A DNA stretch of 63,428 nt, filler included, from Nemertoderma westbladi (taxonomy: Eukaryota; Animalia; Xenacoelomorpha): assembly GCA_032718475.1 (NCBI GenBank). It is 4 parts of 4 records of this genome, joined end to end, with 100 filler letters (N's around TTAATTAATTAA, not from the genome) between each part and the next. Parts side by side here need not be neighbours in the genome. Positions count along the whole stretch, not along the records: positions 25,631 to 46,934 come from JAUCBJ010003567.1; positions 47,035 to 60,073 come from JAUCBJ010004735.1; 2 more parts are not named here. One strand, given 5' to 3'. A program made the translations under genes and the position numbers. Positions 37,555 through 51,393 of the stretch are shown here, one piece after another. The stretch's first letter is position 1, and each line of letters opens with the position of its first letter. The notes under the pieces are model-generated. The model was not told where the DNA came from. It searched no databases and saw nothing but the letters and a program-made list of their open reading frames with translations.

Positions 37555-37973
37555 TCACGCCAATCCCCTGGTGTCTACGGGTCGCTTCTCTTTTTTATGC
37601 AAAAATAAAACCACAAACGGTAACAAACTAGCCATAAGAAATACGACACCAGCTACATTGAAAATAAGGCTGTAGTCTTTATTGAGTTCGAATAACCAAC
37701 CGGTAGTTGGAGGCACTATTAGTGCCGGTAGACCCCAGGACAATAGAGACATGTAGGCGTAAGCGTCGCCGAACAGTTCGCTATCCAGATATATGTAGAT
37801 CAACACACCGTTGAGTGTGAGTATGATACCGGTAGTGAAGCCATAGAGGAACATGTAAATGGATTGGAGTAGGAGCGTCTCCATTAGATAACTGCTCATT
37901 ATCGTAACAACGCCCACCATTAGAAGGACACATTGTTGAACAACCAGTAGTTGCTTCTCAAATTTAATGCTCA
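37555..37973 (-). CDS. SLC16/MCT-like MFS protein, last exon
   Basis: FLYGFTTG, FGDAYAY, PPTTGWLFELNKDYSLIFNVAG (MCT TM10-12 pattern). Acceptor is near tttccatAG/tgAG; the exact AG is uncertain. Confidence 0.75.
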
Positions 37974-38002
37974 CTATGGAAACATAAATATATGTATAAT
38001 GG

Positions 38003-38602
38003 AGTTGAGAGGACCGGGCATGTACGCGGTCCGTCGGGTGATAGAACTGAGAGGACCGGGCATGTAGGCGGTCCGTCGGGTGGTAGAACTGAGAGGACCG
38101 GGCATGTACGCGGTCCGTTGGGTGGTAGAACTGAGAGGACCGGGCATGTACGCGGTCCGTTGGGTGGTAGAACTGAGAGGACCGGGCATGTACGCGGTCC
38201 GTCGGGTGGTAGAACTGAGGGGACCGGGCATGTATGCAGTCCGTCGGGTGGTAGAACTGAGAGGACCGGGCATGTACGCGGTCCGTCGGGTGGTAGAACT
38301 GAGAGGACCGGGCATGTACGCGGTCCGTCGGGTGGTAGAACTGAGAGGACCGGGCATGTACCCGGTCCGTCGGGTGGTAGAACTGAGAGGACCGGGCATG
38401 TACGCGGTCCGTTGGGTGGTAGAACTGAGAGGACCGGGCATGTACGCGGTCCGTCGGGCTGTAGAACTGAGAGGACCGGGCATGTACGCGGTCCGTCGGG
38501 CGGTAGAACTGAGAGGACCGGGCATGTACGCGGTCCGTCGGGTGGTAGAACTGAGAGGACCGGGCATGTACGCGGTCCGTCGGGTGGTAGACCTGAGAGG
38601 TC
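38003..38602. repeat. 42-bp GC-rich intronic minisatellite (gagaggaccgggcatgtacgcggtccgtcgggtggtagaact), ~14 copies
   Basis: Near-identical copies with an internal GGACCG/CGGTCC stem; ends ~30 bp from the last splice acceptor. Confidence 0.95.
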
Positions 38603-39567
38603 TTATTCGACACCTCCCGCGCAGGTTCGAGGCGGTACTTTCTACTGCATAAAGGTGCCGCCTAAAAACATGTTGAACCTCCGGAACTCTTATTATTAAT
38701 TAATATGAAGCAAATATTTTACAGTGGAAATATTATACAGAAAGATTTAGAAATTTCCGAATATATTTACTATAAAAATGCCACTTAAAACTTAAACACT
38801 TTTGATGTGGCAAAAGCAAGGCTCTTCCGCTGGCAGAGAGTGAAAAAGCCAGGTGCTAAAAGTAACGAATCATCATCGCTTTATACTCAGACAATGGAAT
38901 TCGGATCAGAATGAGTCTAGTTTCTGATTGGTCGCAGCTCCTCACTACTAGTTGGCCAACCGAATTACGTTCCAATCACATTATTGTACATTATGGATTG
39001 GTTAGAGCTGGGCTCATTGACCGCAAACGTGCCCGGGTGTGGCAAACCAAACGTTACCCAACTGGGCAAGCCTACACAAAATTATTAATAGAGTGGGGAA
39101 AGATATCTATTTCAGGTGACATCAAATTGAATGTTATTTATTACCGGTACCTAATTTTCACCAAATTATCGGCCTACAGGCCTTTATCAATTGACTATTA
39201 GTAGGCCTATGTGGTTAAAGAACACGAGTGGGGCCTTCGTGCAGCAAAAGCTGCAAGCCATTTTAGCGAACAATTATAATTATACTATGGCTAGTTATTG
39301 GCTCCCGACCCGACACACATAGACTTTTAGAAAACGGCCATTATTATAATTATATTATAACAGTTCGCTGATGGCTCGCAGTTTTGACTCGCCCCACAAT
39401 TACTTTACTCAAAATGTTTTGTGCATTATAGGGTTGGTAATAATATGCAATATTTTTTAGTTTTATTTTTAACAACATGCATGTGTTATTGCATATTATG
39501 TACAATAATTGTACATACAGTAAGTGTATGTACAAGTAAGTATTGCGTACGTACTGGTACTACGTAC

Positions 39568-40582
39568 ATGTTATCTGCGACAGATTTAAATAAACTCGAC
39601 CCACCTGCACTTATTATCAATCGACCCATTAGTTGACCGAACCCCGAGTACGCGACGGTAGAGACGCTATCCTGTCTGCTCAATCCCAGCTCCCCGCAAC
39701 GCTTGACCTGGTGGACGTTGACCACCCACACGCCGCACATACTCAACCCGACCATAAACAGATGCATAACGAAGTAGGGCTTACCAAAGGGAAGAGTGGA
39801 GATAAACCCACGGAGTTTTGTTACCCAAGGTCTCCTTCTTCTCTCATTGGACACAGTAAGGGTCATTTCTTGGCTGGCGATTAGACTCCTTACTGACTGA
39901 CTGTGTTGGAACGCCAACATTTGAGAGACGCTCGCGTTTACTAATGGATGCGCGGTTACTAAGGGATGAACTGCCGGTGTGGTCGTTAATGTTGATCGGC
40001 GGATTCTTGGTTTTCTCCTTGCGTTTATCGCTCCTAGGTAATTATTGGTTGTTGCGTCGTAGGAATGGACAATGTGCCGATCCTTTACAGACAAAACATC
40101 GAGACTAAGGAATATATTTTTAGGTGCGTTTCCATTCGTACAATTATTTACAACCGGGGGAGGTTTCTTTATTCTTCCTACTCGACGTCCCACTGGTCTT
40201 TCCACTGATATTTTCCTTCGCTTATCATCTACAACCAGTACGACACCGAAAAGGTATCCACAGAGACACAGATGGAGAGAAATTGCGCTCAAAAGGAGAA
40301 AGGCCCCATTCCAAGCATAAGCTTGCACTAACCAATCGCAAAGAAGGGGAAATATGACTACACCAATGGCTGCACCGCATGTCATAATGGCGGTTGCCAA
40401 GGCAACGTGTTTCCCGAAACTTTGGTTTACAGCGAGGTAGCAAGATATGTCACTTAGAGCCATTCCCAGACCGCAGAGCAATCCGTATGATATATTTATA
40501 TGCCAGACTTTACTAGCGAAGCTACTCAAATTGAAACCAACAAAGACGAGAATCCCGCCAATAACAGCTACCCATCGCAGAC
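39568..40582 (-). CDS. SLC16/MCT-like MFS protein, exon 2
   Basis: Acceptor ttatgcAG in phase with exon 1; SYGLLCGLG, F.K...ATAIMTCGAAIG, AWNGAFLLLSAISLHLCLCG, long cytoplasmic loop. The 3' donor position is approximate. Confidence 0.8.
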
Positions 40583-41560
40583 CTGCATAAATAATAATAA
40601 TGTTGTATGATTTGTTTGCTTATTGTAATCCTTAAGGGTATTTTATACGTTTAGAAACGGTAAATTGTATCTTACTGTACTCCTAGTCATTCATATCTCC
40701 CCCTTTGGACACAAACATAATTATTGTAAAACTATTTTGTATTGCTAAAAAAATTGATATGAAACTGTAAATTAAAATAATAATATGGGTGAAATGTAAT
40801 TTTTAGAAAAAAATTAAACAAGAATTTCAAAATCTGTGGAATTATTTCCAAGTAAAAAAACTACGCCTTGAGTTTGGTTTCAATAAAATTATATATCAAA
40901 TACCTCTCCATCTCCAATATAAACGGGTTTTGCACTTTTAGGTTTTCTTGCGGGGGGGGGGGGGGGGGGGGGGGTCGGCATAAGGTAGGCGACACATAAT
41001 TCTTTATAAAATTTCACAATTTTGGGATTTAAAAGTATCTAGGGCAAGTTGCAGTGTGGACAATGAGTTGTAAACATCAGTGTGTGTGTGGGGCGAGCCA
41101 CGAGGTAAACGAGTTTTGCGTTGTGTTTCGGTCAGTCTGTAGGCAAATGTTTGAATCTTTCATCATTTTGATGATGATGATGAATTTTTGATGAAATTCA
41201 ACCAAAATTGGTCCACGTCTAGAATTTCCCAAAGTCTGATATATAATTTGTTTGTGGGGGGGGGGGGGGGGGGGGGGCTGGCTCAGCAGTTATCCAGTCT
41301 TTAGCTAGATGGCGACTGACTATTCAATAGTGGTGCCCGTAATATAAGCATGAAGGCCCATGAACGTGTAAGATGGGATATACGTATCGCACCAACCAAT
41401 ATATTAATGTAAAAATATCTGAATCAGACAGGAAGAGAAACGGCAATTTTTGACGATTTGGCGAAATATATTTCGACCCGCTTTTCTCATGTATAAAGTT
41501 GTGTTTCTTCATTGAAAAATATCAATAAGTACAATAAGCAAATATATAAGCTAGACTTAC

Positions 41561-41816
41561 TTGCTATTTGACTTTGTACAATAGCATTTGCAAAAGGGTA
41601 ACAGAGGCAAAAAACCGAACTATTAATAGCACCGACCCACGAAGCTGCCCACATATCCACCTCCCAATCGTCAACAATGATAGCAAATATCACAGAAAAA
41701 CAAAAAAACGGGCCAAATATAATAACTTGTGAGAGCGTGGAGGCAGCTAACACAAGCCACGATGTCCATGGCTCTGAGTTATTCATTTGTAATGCTGTTG
41801 ACCCAGACCTAATCAT
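41561..41816 (-). CDS. SLC16/monocarboxylate-transporter-like MFS protein, exon 1
   Basis: SWLVLAAS..FSVIF..ASWVGAI (MCT TM1-2 pattern); donor gcaa|GTAAGT at 41560, phase 1. Confidence 0.75.
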
Positions 41817-43372
41817 ATTCGTTAACAATATAAGAGTCTGTAGACTGCATTGTTACAATTATATTCTCTAACAACTACTCTTCTCTAGTACGTAGTTTGA
41901 ATTTACTAAAGCCATTATATTATATATTTGTTTGAAAAATATATAATTGGGTGAATTCGCCAATGGGTTCTTGTTAATAAGGAGGTGATTGGAAGACTTT
42001 GAGATTTGATTCTAGTTAACAATGCGAAATAATTGTGTCGTGCAAATACTACCTCGGTTATTCAATATAATTCGTAGTGTAAACATTGATATGTATAAAT
42101 ATTTGTGGTTTTAATTTCTACAAGTTCATTTTTTACAGTGATGACATTAAGATTTACAACCCAAACATACTACAATAGAATAAAGGATATTTCCTCATAA
42201 CTCCCTCCTTGCCTTATCAAGCGAGTGGCCTGATCGCGCGATAGATATGATGAATGAAGTAGTATTGTAATTCATTTTGATAGCATACCTTAGTAATTAA
42301 ATTTCCATACCGCGAAAGTATCGAGACTGAGTTATCGGTATCATCACCATCAACAAACTCAACATTATTGAGTGAATATTTGTTATGAATGGCAAAGGAG
42401 AGGCAAATCCCATTTCGGTAAATTAATGACTCATCTCAATGTTAATTAGTCAATCAAGGGGAAAGAGCAGGTCAGAGTGCTATGTTATTCTAACCAAAAC
42501 AATAAACAAAAGTCATCAGGTTAGAATTTTATTTTTGTATCCAGCCTGTAGTTGGAGTATCAGTAGTGCTCTTAGATCTGTAGCGGATGTTAGCGGATTA
42601 TCATTTACCCAAAGTAACTCAACATTATTAGCTTTACCATGTGGTTGCAACGATTACAGGCAATTATTACTGTGTTTTTATATAATATATTATTGGTGCA
42701 ATCAATCACCAAGTTGCTGCCCTCTTGGTGAGCATCAACCTTATTATCCCTCATACATACATACATACAGACACACATACACGTTCGTGGGGCCTTCGCG
42801 CAGCTCGAAGTGAGCAAAGCCTTTAGCATATGGGCACCATTACCGAGTTGTCTGCCGTTAGTCAGAAGTCTTCAACACAATACTCGTCATCCCCTTGTGC
42901 CTCGTTGCGTTTGTTCGTTTTTGACCAAACTTCAGATTCTTTCTAAACTTTTGACGGACTACATACGTACCAAGTTTCGTTTAATTTCATCGAGGAATAA
43001 CCGAGTTATTAGCGATCAAAAATTTACGACGACTCCTTTGCTGACACCCCGACTGTGATACTATAATCCGCAACCTGCACTGCAGCCGCTCATTGAGATT
43101 ATGCACGCGCATTGAGCTACTTAGTCTAAATGATAAATTTGCGCTGACTCCATGCAAGCCACAATCGGCAGCTTGGGGAAACCAACGAGACACCTCCAAT
43201 GTTAAAAATCAGGAGGTTGAGAAAATTTTTGTGATCAGCAATTTCATGATCTACCGCTAGGAAGCGAAGCGGTACATACCACTTCACCTACAGTGCTACA
43301 GTATGCTTAACTTTTACAGATTTAGTCGAAAAATTTTTGAATTTTAAAAATTTTCGTCTAAATCTGCATTTA

Positions 43373-45310
43373 GCTCTAGGGTGCACTGTATTCAGCCCTA
43401 GGGTGCACTATATTCAGCCCTAGGGTGCACTGTATTCAGCCCTAGGGTGCACTGTATTCAGCCCTAGGGTGCACTGTATTCAGCCCTAGGGTGCACTGTA
43501 TTCAGCCCTAGGGTGCACTGCCTGTATTGAGCCATAGGGTGCACTGCCTTATTGACCCATAGGGTGCGCTGCGTGTATTCAGCCGTAGGGTGCACTGCCT
43601 GTATTCAGCCGTAGGGTGCACTGCCTGTATTCAGCCCTACGGTGCACTGCCTGTATTCAGCCCTAGGGTGCACTGCATGTATTCAGCCCTAGGGTGCACT
43701 GCCTGTATTCAGCCCTAGGGAGCACTGCCTGTATTCAGCCCTAGGGTGCACTGCCTGTATTCAGCCCTAGGGTGCAGCCCTAGGGTGCACTGCCTGTATT
43801 TAGCCCTAGGGTGCACTGCCTGTATTCAGCCCTAGGGTGCACAGCCTGTATTCAGCCCTAGGGTGCACTGCCTGTATTGAGCCCTAGGGTGCAATGCTTG
43901 TATTCAGCCCTAGGGTGCACTGCCTGTATTGAGCCCTGGGATGCGCTGCCTGTATGAGCCCTAGGGTGCACTGCCTGTATTGAGCCCTAGGGTGCACTGT
44001 CTGTATTGAGCCCTAGGGTGCACTGTATTGAGCCCTAGGGTGCACTGTCTGTATTGAGCCCTAGGGTGCACTGTATTGAGCCCTAGGATGCACTGCCTGT
44101 ATTGAGCCGTAGGGTGCACTGCCTGTATTCAGCCCTAGGGTGCACTGCCTGTATTGAGCCCTGGGATGCGCTGCCTGTATTGAGCCCTAGGGTGCACTGT
44201 ATTGAGCCCTAGGGTGCACTGTCTGTATTGAGCCCTAGGGTGCACTGTATTGAGCCCTAGGGTGCACTGTCTGTATTGAGCCCTAGGGTGCGCTGTATTG
44301 AGCCCTAGGGTGCACTGCCTGTATTGAGCACTAGGGTGCTCCGCCTGTATTCAGCCCTAGGGTGCACTGTCTGTATTGAGCCCTAGGGTGCACTGTATTG
44401 AGCCCTAGGGTGCACTGTATTGAGCCCTAGGGTGCACTGCCTGTATTGAGCCCTAGGGTGCACTGTCTGTATTGAGCCCTAGGGTGCACTGTATTGAGCC
44501 CTAGGGTGCACTGTCTGTATTGAGCCCTAGGGTGCACTGTCTGTATTGAGCCCTAGGGTGCACTGCCTGTATTGAGCCGTAGGGTGCACTGCCTGTATTC
44601 AGCCCTAGGGTGCACTGCCTGTATTCAGCCCTAGGGTGCACTGCCTGTATTGAGCCCTGGGATGCGCTGTATTGAGCCCTAGGGTGCACTGTCTGTATTG
44701 AGCCCTAGGGTGCACTGTATTGAGCCCTAGGGTGCACTGTATTGAGCCCTAGGGTGCACTGTCTGTATTGAGCCCTAGGGTGCACTGTCTGTATTGAGCC
44801 CTAGGGTGCACTGCCTGTATTGAGCCGTAGGGTGCACTGCCTGTATTCAGCCCTGGGATGCACTGCCTGTATTCAGCCCTAGGGTGCACTGTCTGTATTG
44901 AGCCCTAGGGTGCACTGTATTGAGCCCTAGGGTGCACTGTCTGTATTGAGCCCTAGGGTGCACTGTATTGAGCCCTAGGGTGCACTGTATTGAGCCCTAG
45001 GGTGCACTGTCTGTATTGAGCCCTAGGGTGCACTGTATTGAGCCCTAGGGTGCACTGTCTGTATTGAGCCCTAGGGTGCACTGTATTGAGCCCTAGGGTG
45101 CACTGTCTGTATTGAGCCCTAGGGTGCACTGTATTGAGCCCTAGGGTGCGCTGCCTGTATTGAGCCCTAGTGTGCACTGCTTGTATTGAGCCCTAGGGTG
45201 CACTGCCTGTATTGAGCCCTAGGGTGCGCTGCCTGTATTCAGCCCTGGGATGCACTGCCTGTATTCAGCCCTAGGGTGCTCCGCCTGTATTGAGCCCTAG
45301 GGTGCACTGC
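43373..45310. repeat. 22/26-bp minisatellite agccctagggtgcactg(cctg/tctg)tatt(c/g), ~1.9 kb
   Basis: Two interspersed length variants differing by 4 nt; palindromes CCCTAGGG and GTGCAC in each unit. Confidence 0.95.
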
Positions 45311-46530
45311 ATCAATTTTCATAAAACTTTATCATAATGACCTATGGAATGTTCTTAATTCAATGAGACAGTTTCTTGCGTCCCGCAATTTTATGGTTTG
45401 CCGCTATGATATTTGTTATTATTATTAACCTCTAAATCAAATAAAACATCCTAAGAGCCTATTTCCAATGAATACAAGCCTAAAAGAAACCACACAAGTT
45501 GCGAATAAGTCACAGGGGGATTTTTGAGTCCATTTGGTCATTAAAGGACGAAATACCAGTGTGACATCTGCTGTCATTATTAGTTAGTGCCTTTTCTAAC
45601 TCAATCCAAGAAAAGGCAAAATTTTGTTTTTCGGTTTTCTCATAGGAGGAATTGAGATACGGCTTTGTTGCAGCACTGTAAGCGGATCCATCCCGCTACA
45701 CGCCACCTGCCGGTAGAATAGGGAACAGAGTGATTTACGTATCACTCAGGTATGCAGTATAATATTGCATACCGGAGAAATATGAAGTGAAGCAATGTTA
45801 GCCAGGAGATGGTTTAATAACGCATATCAGGGGAGAGGCTAACACAGGGCAAAGGGGACATGGAATTGCAGGAGTGGGGCAAACCGACCAATGGGAGGGC
45901 CACAGTTGGCAAATATAACGTGTATCTATTGGTTGGCCGCCAAGTAGCTAGGACTTTGTAGTAAGTTTCCCCATGATTTCCATATATCTGTTGGTCAATA
46001 TCAATTATGTTCAGTTGGCTATTAATTACTGTGGATGTCGGATGGTTTCTCACCGTCACCCGTAATACATATATCTGTTGTGCTGTAATCTGCTTACCGG
46101 TAAATATATATCAACTATTATCAACAACGATAAATTAACTCTTAATTTTCAACCGGCCTACGGCCTTCAGTATTTCAATATACCGCAAGCGGCGACGCGT
46201 AAGAAACACGACAGCGATTTATCCGGTCGGGATCCCTTAAAAAATGTGTTAAAAAAAGGTGTGTTAATAACTATTAAACCGCTGCATTAATTTTGATAAA
46301 ACTTAATGACCTAATGAATGTTTTTAATTCAATGAGTCCCATAATTTCATGGCAGGTGGCGCTACATGTTACTTCTTCTTTCTTCTAGGCTAATTAACTT
46401 TTGACATACTGAATCAAATGTGATCAAATTGTCACAGAATGTCCTATGGAATGTTCTCAATTAAATGTGACAGATTCTGGCGTCCTGCAACTTCACGGTT
46501 CACTAGTGAATCGTGAAGCACACGCTAGAT
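45307..46530 (+). repeat. Three degenerate copies of a dispersed repeat (aatgacctatggaatgttcttaattcaatgagacag...)
   Basis: Similar blocks at ~45310-45410, ~46283-46365 and ~46425-46520; partial similarity at ~43235-43270. Confidence 0.55.
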
Positions 46531-46934
46531 GGCGATTTATTTTTCATAGTTTCCTTAGGCCATGTCTAATATATATATATATATATATTAATATACAGTT
46601 TCATATATATTTATACTCTCGCACTTCACCAAGGACCAACGTGTTGTACTGTAGTAACATAAACTTAGATACATCAGGCCGACCATGGGTCCGTGGTGCT
46701 AGCTACGTGAATGGATAGTCCCTGGTGTCCCAGCACTCCGATTTATAGGTTAAGGTTATAGGTTTTTGTTGGTGTAAGAGTAGTTTTGGAGAGCGGATGT
46801 TGTGGTGTTCATGCGGACCTAAGTATATGATGGCCCTATTTGAATGATAACTATGCATATTGAATCTCTGAATTCACTGACAAGTCTCGCCTTAGATTGC
46901 ACCTATATCGGTAAAATATGAACTCATTACTATT

Positions 46935-47034
46935 NNNNNNNNNNNNNNNNNNNNNNNNNNNNNNNNNNNNNNNNNNNNTTAATTAATTAANNNNNNNNNN
47001 NNNNNNNNNNNNNNNNNNNNNNNNNNNNNNNNNN
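46935..47034. other. Artificial contig spacer (N-TTAATTAATTAA-N)
   Basis: Same 100-nt linker. Confidence 0.95.
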
Positions 47035-48406
47035 ATGGATGATCTTCCACTGTTTTACAAGTCACCTTTCTCCTCATTTATCGACCAGATAAGGACGGAA
47101 GCCTGGATTGGACTAGGCTTAGTTCATTTATACCCTGATACTCCGAGACTCCGACGGTTTAATGATACGGCTCGTCTGCTCCTTGTTTACTGCCTATGGC
47201 TGTCATTAATTCAGGCATCCTATAGTCGCGCTAATTAATTACCCCTGTGTGCTTTGGTTGATGTGTTGTGAGTGCTGTTCGTTCGTGTACGTGTCGCTCT
47301 AATATAATGCCACGATGGTGATCGATAATGATCACGCCCTGCATTAATAATTATATCGTACTTGTCAATTAGTATTATTATTATACATGTCGACTCTCAA
47401 ATATCCCCGTCTGATTTCCAAACACACCTATTCCTCCCTCATTTGGGTTGGGTCATGGCTCATGGGGAGGCGCTCGGTACACTGGTTCACAGTACCGAGT
47501 CCGTGTGTGGGGGGATTGTTGCGGTTAACAATCAATAAAGATAAATATAATAACTATAATTATTGTTGTTCCATTAATGTATTATCCTTCGATTGCTAAC
47601 AGCAGAGGCGGAATCAGTTCACTCTCATTGTGGCTTATAGTATGTTTGCTGTAATATTTCACAGGTTATGGGCGCCCGACACATTTTTTATACTAATCCT
47701 TTGATGAGACCAAAGATTTATTAAACTATTAGTATTACTATTTCCTATTGTGTTCCTCATGATATTCTTTATTTACAAAACAAAAGATAGAACAATAAAA
47801 TTGTCTCAGCCTCATACAGAGGTTAAAAGAATAGTGTTTTCGAATAACTGTGAGTTTGGGTTCTTTAAAACCCAAACTCACTGTGGGTTTTTTTTTGACA
47901 GTTTTTAGTCGGATTTCCAATGTAAGTGATTCCGAATATGAAATCAGTTGTTTTGCTCTGGAGTTATAGGAACATTTGTTATTATACCCAAAATATGAAC
48001 ATTTGGTGTAATTCAAGTTTAGCAAAATATTTCGAAATTTTTGGGTGTTTGTTGGTCTTTTTTGTGTAAAAAGTGGTGCTGCACCAAAATTACAAATTTT
48101 TTTGAGTGAAAATTATAAATGTTGCCATAACTCAAGAACGAAACATCAAAAAACTCATTTATGTTTCGGAATCACCATGATATTTTACATTAACCGTAGA
48201 AAAAGACTGGGGGTCATCCCCCCTTAAGATCCGTTGATGAGGAACGATAAGGTTTACGATCAATACTTTTGTATTCTGTATTTCCCGCCTCAGTCCTTAT
48301 TTCTTTATCCGCTATATTTCAGTACGCTATTATATAGTAGATTTAATTATTGTACTGTATATCCTTATCAGTGTTTATTGCATATGCATTTATTTCCGTT
48401 GCACAG

Positions 48407-48898
48407 GTGGCTACGACGCGATCTCTCAGGCCATCCGCGCTCGCTGCAGCCCCACCGCTAGGTCCCCCAGTCCCTCTGTCAGCTCCCCCAGTCCCACGCC
48501 CTCCCCCACCACCAACCCCAGCCCCCCTCGGTCCCCGGGCCGTCTGTCCCCCACCCCAACCACCCGCCGTCTCCCCTCAACCCCTACCAAACTCTCCTCC
48601 CTACGTATTCGCCCACTCCCCTACACTAACCCCTCCTCGTCCCAACCTTCCACTCCTTTCTCTCCCCTTTCCTACCCCGTCGCTATCCTCCCCGGCCGCC
48701 TCTATCTCGGCTGCGCTAAAGACGCCGTAAACCCCGAAGTCCTAACCAAGTTGGGAGTCACTCACGTTGTCAACGCAACGTGTAACATCAGCAACGCTTT
48801 GGAACAACGCGGTGGCATTCTCTATAAACGGGTGCCGGTCTCGGATACATTAGCCGAGAACATTTCCGACTATTTTAGCGGCACGATACAATTTATTG
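48407..48898 (+). CDS. DUSP6/7/9 (MKP3)-like dual-specificity phosphatase, internal exon (not in the ORF track)
   Basis: cacAG|gt ggc tac reads (G)GYDAIS..Ser/Pro linker..YPVAILPGRLYLGCAKDAVNPEVLTKLGVTHVVNAT..YKRVPVSD..ENISDYF..IQFI g|GTTAGT. Confidence 0.88.
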
Positions 48899-50364
48899 GT
48901 TAGTATTTATCCTTGAGGCTTGGATTAAGAGTAATGAAGGAGCAGTTTAATTTTTTCGAGTATTTTATAGTCACATTGTGATTAACATCGATTTTTGCCT
49001 GCAATTTTGTTTGAGTGTTCTCATTCTCATCGCAAGACTTCCAATATGACACGACTCATTGCGCGATCTGATATGTCATCTTTGCGTATTTGATACTTTT
49101 ACTATACCGCCACGACTACTATATGCGGGTGGATGTTAATTGAGACAACTTTGTGTTGTAGCTGTTAGGTACTGTTAACACGCCGTTACTGAGCTATATC
49201 TATATGAGTGCACGCGGTTTCACCACCGATCCCCTCGGGAATGCAATTAAACTGTAATCAAATTATCGTATCGATTGTGGAATTCTTATCGTGGCGGTTC
49301 GACACAGAGATATCCAGTAGATAGCCGCAGTACAATTAACAATGATTTCTGAGAATTCTTTAACGTTTAACTACGGGGAGTCCTTCTCGAGTGCAAAGTT
49401 CTTTATCTCTCTGAACATATTGTGGTTATCGTATGAATAGATTACCCATTTATGCAAAGAAATTGATATTGTTATTTGAGTATTAGTGGTATTTTATTCT
49501 GGTATAGAGGCGTGTTTGTACCGTCATGTTTGCTGTTTGGTATATAATATAGGTGGTTGTCTTTGTGTGAGCGTTGTGGGTTTAGTTTAGTAAAATGTTG
49601 CGTCAATATTTACATCTTTTTGAATTCCGAGCAATAGTCAAGAATTAATCCTCTTATTTACAATCCCGATTTGTTATTGAAACTGCAGAAAATGTTCCCG
49701 GATATTATATATTGTTTACCGTCCAGGGGCGATGAGTAATTGGTTCCCCTTTAATGTCTTCTGTTAACTTAAACAGAGAACATTAACAGAGGGTTTTATC
49801 AGAGAGTGCAAATTTGGTGAGCAATTTACCTATTTTAGTTCGCTGTTTAAATGTTCTCTGTTAGCCTTCTGTTTAGGGGGTGAGCAGATCATTAACAGAG
49901 AACTAACTTTTCCATATGCGGTCCCTTTGATGTATGAAAATTTCCATAGGCGGCATCCCTTTATTCTTGTTAATGATTCAATATAAAAACATCCACTGAT
50001 AATGTGTAGTGCCACCCACGATCCCGATTATGTTTACTCTATACTGTCTAAATTGTTTATAGTGATCTACTCATGTGTACTCGCATGGTCAACTATATAC
50101 TCAGCAACGCAACCTAAAGAGCTGCATAATACTGTAGAGCCTTAAAATAACGTATTAAGAGACACATTATTTATTTAAAGACGCCTGTGGAACTTAAGGC
50201 TCCATTGCTCTAAAAAATTTAATATCAGAAAAATGTTATTTTTTAACGAAAATTTTGTTAAATCCATTCTAATTCACATAGGGGCCTCCTAATTAAAATA
50301 TTGATAGCATCGATTCAATAATTAAATTTATTATATTAAATGAAAATGAGTAGGTTACAGTGAA

Positions 50365-50505
50365 GGTAAAGTAAAAGTAAAGTTTTCTTCGGCCGGTAGG
50401 CCAGTGATTACGCACAAAGTCTTATTTCCAGTGCGGTCCCAGAGAATTACAAGAGGAAACTCCAGTACTCATTTAGCTACCACTCAAGTAAGGATGCAAG
50501 GAAGA
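50365..50505 (-). mobile_element. 3' half of SINE family A
   Basis: gcacaaagtc..cagtgcggtccc..gaggaaactc..tactcatttagctaccact..aaggatgcaagg is shared with 3141-3280. Confidence 0.7.
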
Positions 50506-51393
50506 GTACACTAGCGTACCGAGGGGGAGACCGTGTGGCTATAGCCTCTCCCTTGAAAGAAAGTAGAAAAAAATTCCTCAAAAATTTAACTATCAGAAGT
50601 TATCTTAATTAAGCCGTAGCGGTTTAATCTATTGCCTTGAATTCACGTCCCCCTGAAGGTGGTGTGTTTAAAACCCACAAATTGTATGTACATGTAAGCG
50701 GATTCAATTCCATTGCACTATCCACCCGAAAATGGGACCAGTGGTATTTTACCAATATAGTTGGGGATACGAGATTACCAATAATAATCTCGCCTCATAA
50801 CCAACTTTGGGGGGGGGGGGGGGGGGCGATACAAGCCCTAAAGCCACAGAGAGAGGTGAGAGGTCAAACCACCTCGGAGGGAGAACACAGCTAGTAAATG
50901 CTAGCGGCGGGGGGAAACACTCACAGGGAGTGCCAAAGTGACAATTAGTATGTAAGCCAATAGCAGGCAGGGGAGTACGTGAACGGAGATAGGAGAGCAT
51001 CCACTGGGTATAGAAGGCCAAGTAGAGTAAGAGGTGAAACCAATATCTGTGTGTATCAATCATATATTATTCTGTATTACTGAATTACCGGTCAGTTCAT
51101 TAATCACAGAGATGCAGACCAGTCATAATTTTCGACCGTCGCCAACTAATATCTATTACCGATTTACTGTTGTCATTCATTCTGTATTGCGATATCAGTC
51201 ACATTACTAATTCTGTGCTATTATCATTTGGAACATTAACATTGAGGAACACAAAACTCTGTTATTTTCCCAAACGGCTCTCAGCCTAAAGAACATTAGC
51301 CCAGCAGACCAGCAGTCAGGCGACGCGTACAAAATATAACCCGGTCGGGATCTACGATCCCATCACAGTACAAAATGTATTTTTTGTTTACAA

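Noticed and set aside
37974-38699. Repetitive ORFs of 190-235 aa on both strands and the N-terminal ~205 aa of the 352-aa ORF
   Set aside because: By-products of a stop-free 42-bp (3n) minisatellite in an intron.
44501-45177. ORFs (VHPRAQYRQCTLGLNT)n
   Set aside because: Translation of the 22/26-bp minisatellite.
47035-47680. First (rhodanese/KIM) exon of the DUSP gene
   Set aside because: No frame with recognisable rhodanese or KIM motifs and a suitable donor was found; it probably lies beyond the gap.
48350-48730. 126-aa proline-rich ORF
   Set aside because: Wrong frame of the DUSP exon; the alternative frame gives the phosphatase motifs and consistent splice phases.
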